Shown here: piece by piece, positions 61,357-64,000 of the stretch
Numbering within the stretch: the stretch's first letter is position 1
Layout: the number at the start of each line of letters is the position of its first letter
Source of the DNA: Dictyostelium discoideum
Lineage: Eukaryota
Length of the DNA: 64,000 bases
Direction of reading: 5' to 3'
NCBI GenBank assembly: GCA_000004695.1
Contig: CM000152.2
Coordinates: forward strand, 2,048,001 to 2,112,000
Program-made: the position numbers and the translations under genes
Notes under the pieces: generated by a model
Databases searched by the model: none
What the model was told of the DNA's origin: nothing
The model's input: the letters and a program-made list of their open reading frames with translations, nothing else

Positions 61357-63562
61357 ATCTTAAGAATAAAATTTCAGAATATTTTGGAACTGGCCAAGAT
61401 TTATCTTCAACAATACCTTCTAAATGATCAGAAAATTTACGAACTTCATTCATTTGTGGAATTACAGATTGATTGAGGAAAGTTGCGAGTGAATGTTCAG
61501 AATTGAAATCTTTAGTTTGTTTAATGAGAGCCAAAAGTTTTTGATTAGCTTCAATTAAGAGATTGACAGATTCAACGACTTCAGAGAGATGAGAATATTG
61601 ATGATTTGGTTGACTGAAAGATTTTTGACTTTGAATGAATGGCATTATAGAGTTTACAGATTCAGCAATATTCTTTTGATGAGCAAAACAAGCTGGAAGT
61701 ACCAAAGTTGAAACTAAATCATATAAAGAGTTTGCTTCGATTTTAATTGATTTATTATAAATTTCAAAGAGAATCTCTTGACGTGATTCCAATTCAACTG
61801 GTGAGAGAATATTACTTTCAGAAAAGAGTTTAATATTCTTTTCAGAGTTAATATTTGTTAAAGCCTCTGGAGTCGATGGTAAATTTGCTAAACCTCTAGA
61901 TTTGGCGAGTTCTTTCCAATCACCACTATAACCATCACCATTGAAAACAACACGAACATGTTGAATCAATGTATCTTTAATGATTTTATTGAATGCAGTT
62001 TGTCTACTACTAACTTTCATCTCTCTGAGAATCTCTTCACGAATGAAACGTAATGATTCAGCAACAATGGTATTCAATACGATACAAGGGAAATTTACAA
62101 CTTGTGAAGAACCAACAGCACGGAATTCAAATTTATTACCAGTGAAAGCAAATGGTGAAGTACGATTACGATCAGTGCTATCCTTTGGAAGTGGTGGGAA
62201 CCCAACGACACCCAAATCCATATCATCTGAACCTGGTGCTTGAATATCGGTATTGTTAATGATATTGTTAATCACGGTATCAAGTTCCTTACCGAGATAG
62301 ATTGAAATGATTGCTGGTGGTGCTTCATTGGCACCTAAACGATGCTCATTACCTGGTACTGCGACTGATGCACGAAGAAGATCAGCATGAATATCGACTG
62401 CTCTAATAATTGCTGTAAGGAAAAGAATGAAACGTGCATTTTGTGATGGTGTATGACCTGGCTCCAAAAGATTACTACCACCATCGGTTGAAAGGGACCA
62501 ATTGTTATGTTTACCAGAACCATTGACACCAGCAAATGGTTTCTCATGGAAAAGACAAACCAAACCATGTTTAGTTGAAACATTCTTTAAAATATCCATC
62601 AACATCATATTATGATCGGCTGCAATATTAGCACGTTCAAAGATTGGTGCGACTTCATATTGACCTGGTGCGACTTCATTATGTCTGGTTTTCAATGGCA
62701 TGCCTAATCTCCACATCTTCCATTCAACCTCTTGAATACATGAAATGATACGACTATTCATTGTACCGAAATAATGATCTTCCATCTCTTGACCCTTTGG
62801 TGGTTTAGCACCAATTAAAGTACGACCACAATTTACTAAATCTGGACGAGCCAAATAAAACTTTCTATCAATAAGGAAAAACTCTTGTTCAATACCCAAG
62901 GTTGGTGAAATTCTTTTATGTTTTTCATTAAATAATGAAGAGAGTGTAATGATTGATTCGTTTGAAACGTATTCCATTGAACGAAGGAGTGGAGTCTTTT
63001 GATCCAACGCTTCACCAGTCCATGAGCAAAATGCAGTTGGAATGCAAAGAATTGCACCATTCTTTTCACGACGAATAAATGCTGGTGATGTTGCATCCCA
63101 AACTGTATAACCACGTGCTTCCCATGTACTACGAATACCACCCGATGGGAATGATGATGCGTCTGGTTCACCTTTAATCAATTGCATACCTGAAAATTCT
63201 AACAACACTTTATCATCACCTGGGAATATACTAATGAATGAGTCGTGTTTCTCTGCTGCTAATCCATTCAATGGTAAAAACCAATGACAATAATGTGTTG
63301 CTCCTTGTTTAATTGCCCATTCTTTCATACCATTAGCTACCATATCTGCAATCTCTGGATCTAATGCACTACCTGTTTGCATTACTTCACGAATTTTCTT
63401 ATAACAATGTGATGGTAATGTCTCCCTCATTGCATTTAATCCATATGTATCACTATCATAAATATCTGTTAATCTATCTGCTTTATCACTAATATCAATA
63501 TCTGCTTCAACTGGTTCTCTACTATCAATATATTCAATAAATTCTCTTCTTCTATTTGACAT
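61355..63562 (-). CDS. glnA3: Glutamine synthetase type III (GlnN-like, about 735 aa).
   Basis: This single 735-aa ORF has the size and motifs of bacterial-type GSIII. The motifs include the Glu-rich catalytic beta-barrel region (...NEVAPGQYEVAPIFE...) and the ATP-binding region (KPFAGVNGSGKHNNWSL), followed by a long C-terminal extension specific to GSIII. The symbol is tentative. Confidence 0.85.
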
Positions 63563-64000
63563 TTTTTTTTCTTTTTCTTCTTTTTCTTTTTAAAAAAAAA
63601 TAAATCTATATTTTATATATATATAAAAAATAAATAAATTAAATAATATTTGTTAATATTTTTATTTAAAATTTTTAAAAAAAATAAAAAAAATAAAAAA
63701 AAATAAAATAATGTAATAAAAAATTATTTATTATAATTAGTTTTTATAAAAAAAAAAATAAAAAATAAAAAAAAAATAAAAATAAAATAATTATTTTTGG
63801 TGAACTATATTACATGTCAATAATAAAAAAATAGAAAAAAAACAATGTGTTTATTACGAAAATCTATTGGGGTTATGATATTTTTTTCAATTCGATAATC
63901 TTTTTTTTTTTATTTGGGATGTGGTGTTCAAAAAAAATAAAAATAAAAATAAAAAAAATAAAATAAATAAATTCTGAATTTAATGTGTGTTTTTTACAAA

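Overview
The sequence is AT-rich, dense in homopolymers, encodes poly-Asn/Gln tracts as (AAT)n/(CAA)n, and has short 60-250 bp GT-AG introns with GTAAGT/GTATGT donors. This looks like Dictyostelium discoideum-type social amoeba nuclear DNA, not a prokaryote. I reconstructed about 21 protein-coding genes by hand from the ORF track plus splice signals, and found one tRNA-Gly(GCC). The genes are a partial DOMON/cytochrome b561 protein, a bZIP transcription factor, an importin-13-like karyopherin, an aquaporin with an extended loop D, a cystinosin-like PQ-loop transporter, a small heat-shock protein, a repeat-rich protein with a C-terminal villin headpiece, a DRG2-type GTPase, a membrane-anchored pepsin-like aspartic protease, an LRAT/NlpC-P60-like hypothetical protein, an FHA-domain protein, a PP2C phosphatase, an LRR protein, an ankyrin-repeat protein, a dTDP-glucose 4,6-dehydratase, a large Roco LRR-Roc-COR-kinase protein, a small unknown ORF, cathepsin D, a small T/N-rich protein, an old-yellow-enzyme flavin oxidoreductase and a type III glutamine synthetase. 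There are no CRISPR arrays, prokaryotic operons or intact transposon ORFs. The most unusual non-genic structure is a roughly 400 bp compound palindrome at 28.12-28.53 kb, built from four ~95 bp units that each carry a motif complementary to the 5' splice-site consensus. I also flag direct repeats and non-AT-rich sequence around the tRNA gene, and several GC-elevated ORF-poor islands. Splice coordinates are manual and may be off by 1-2 nt.
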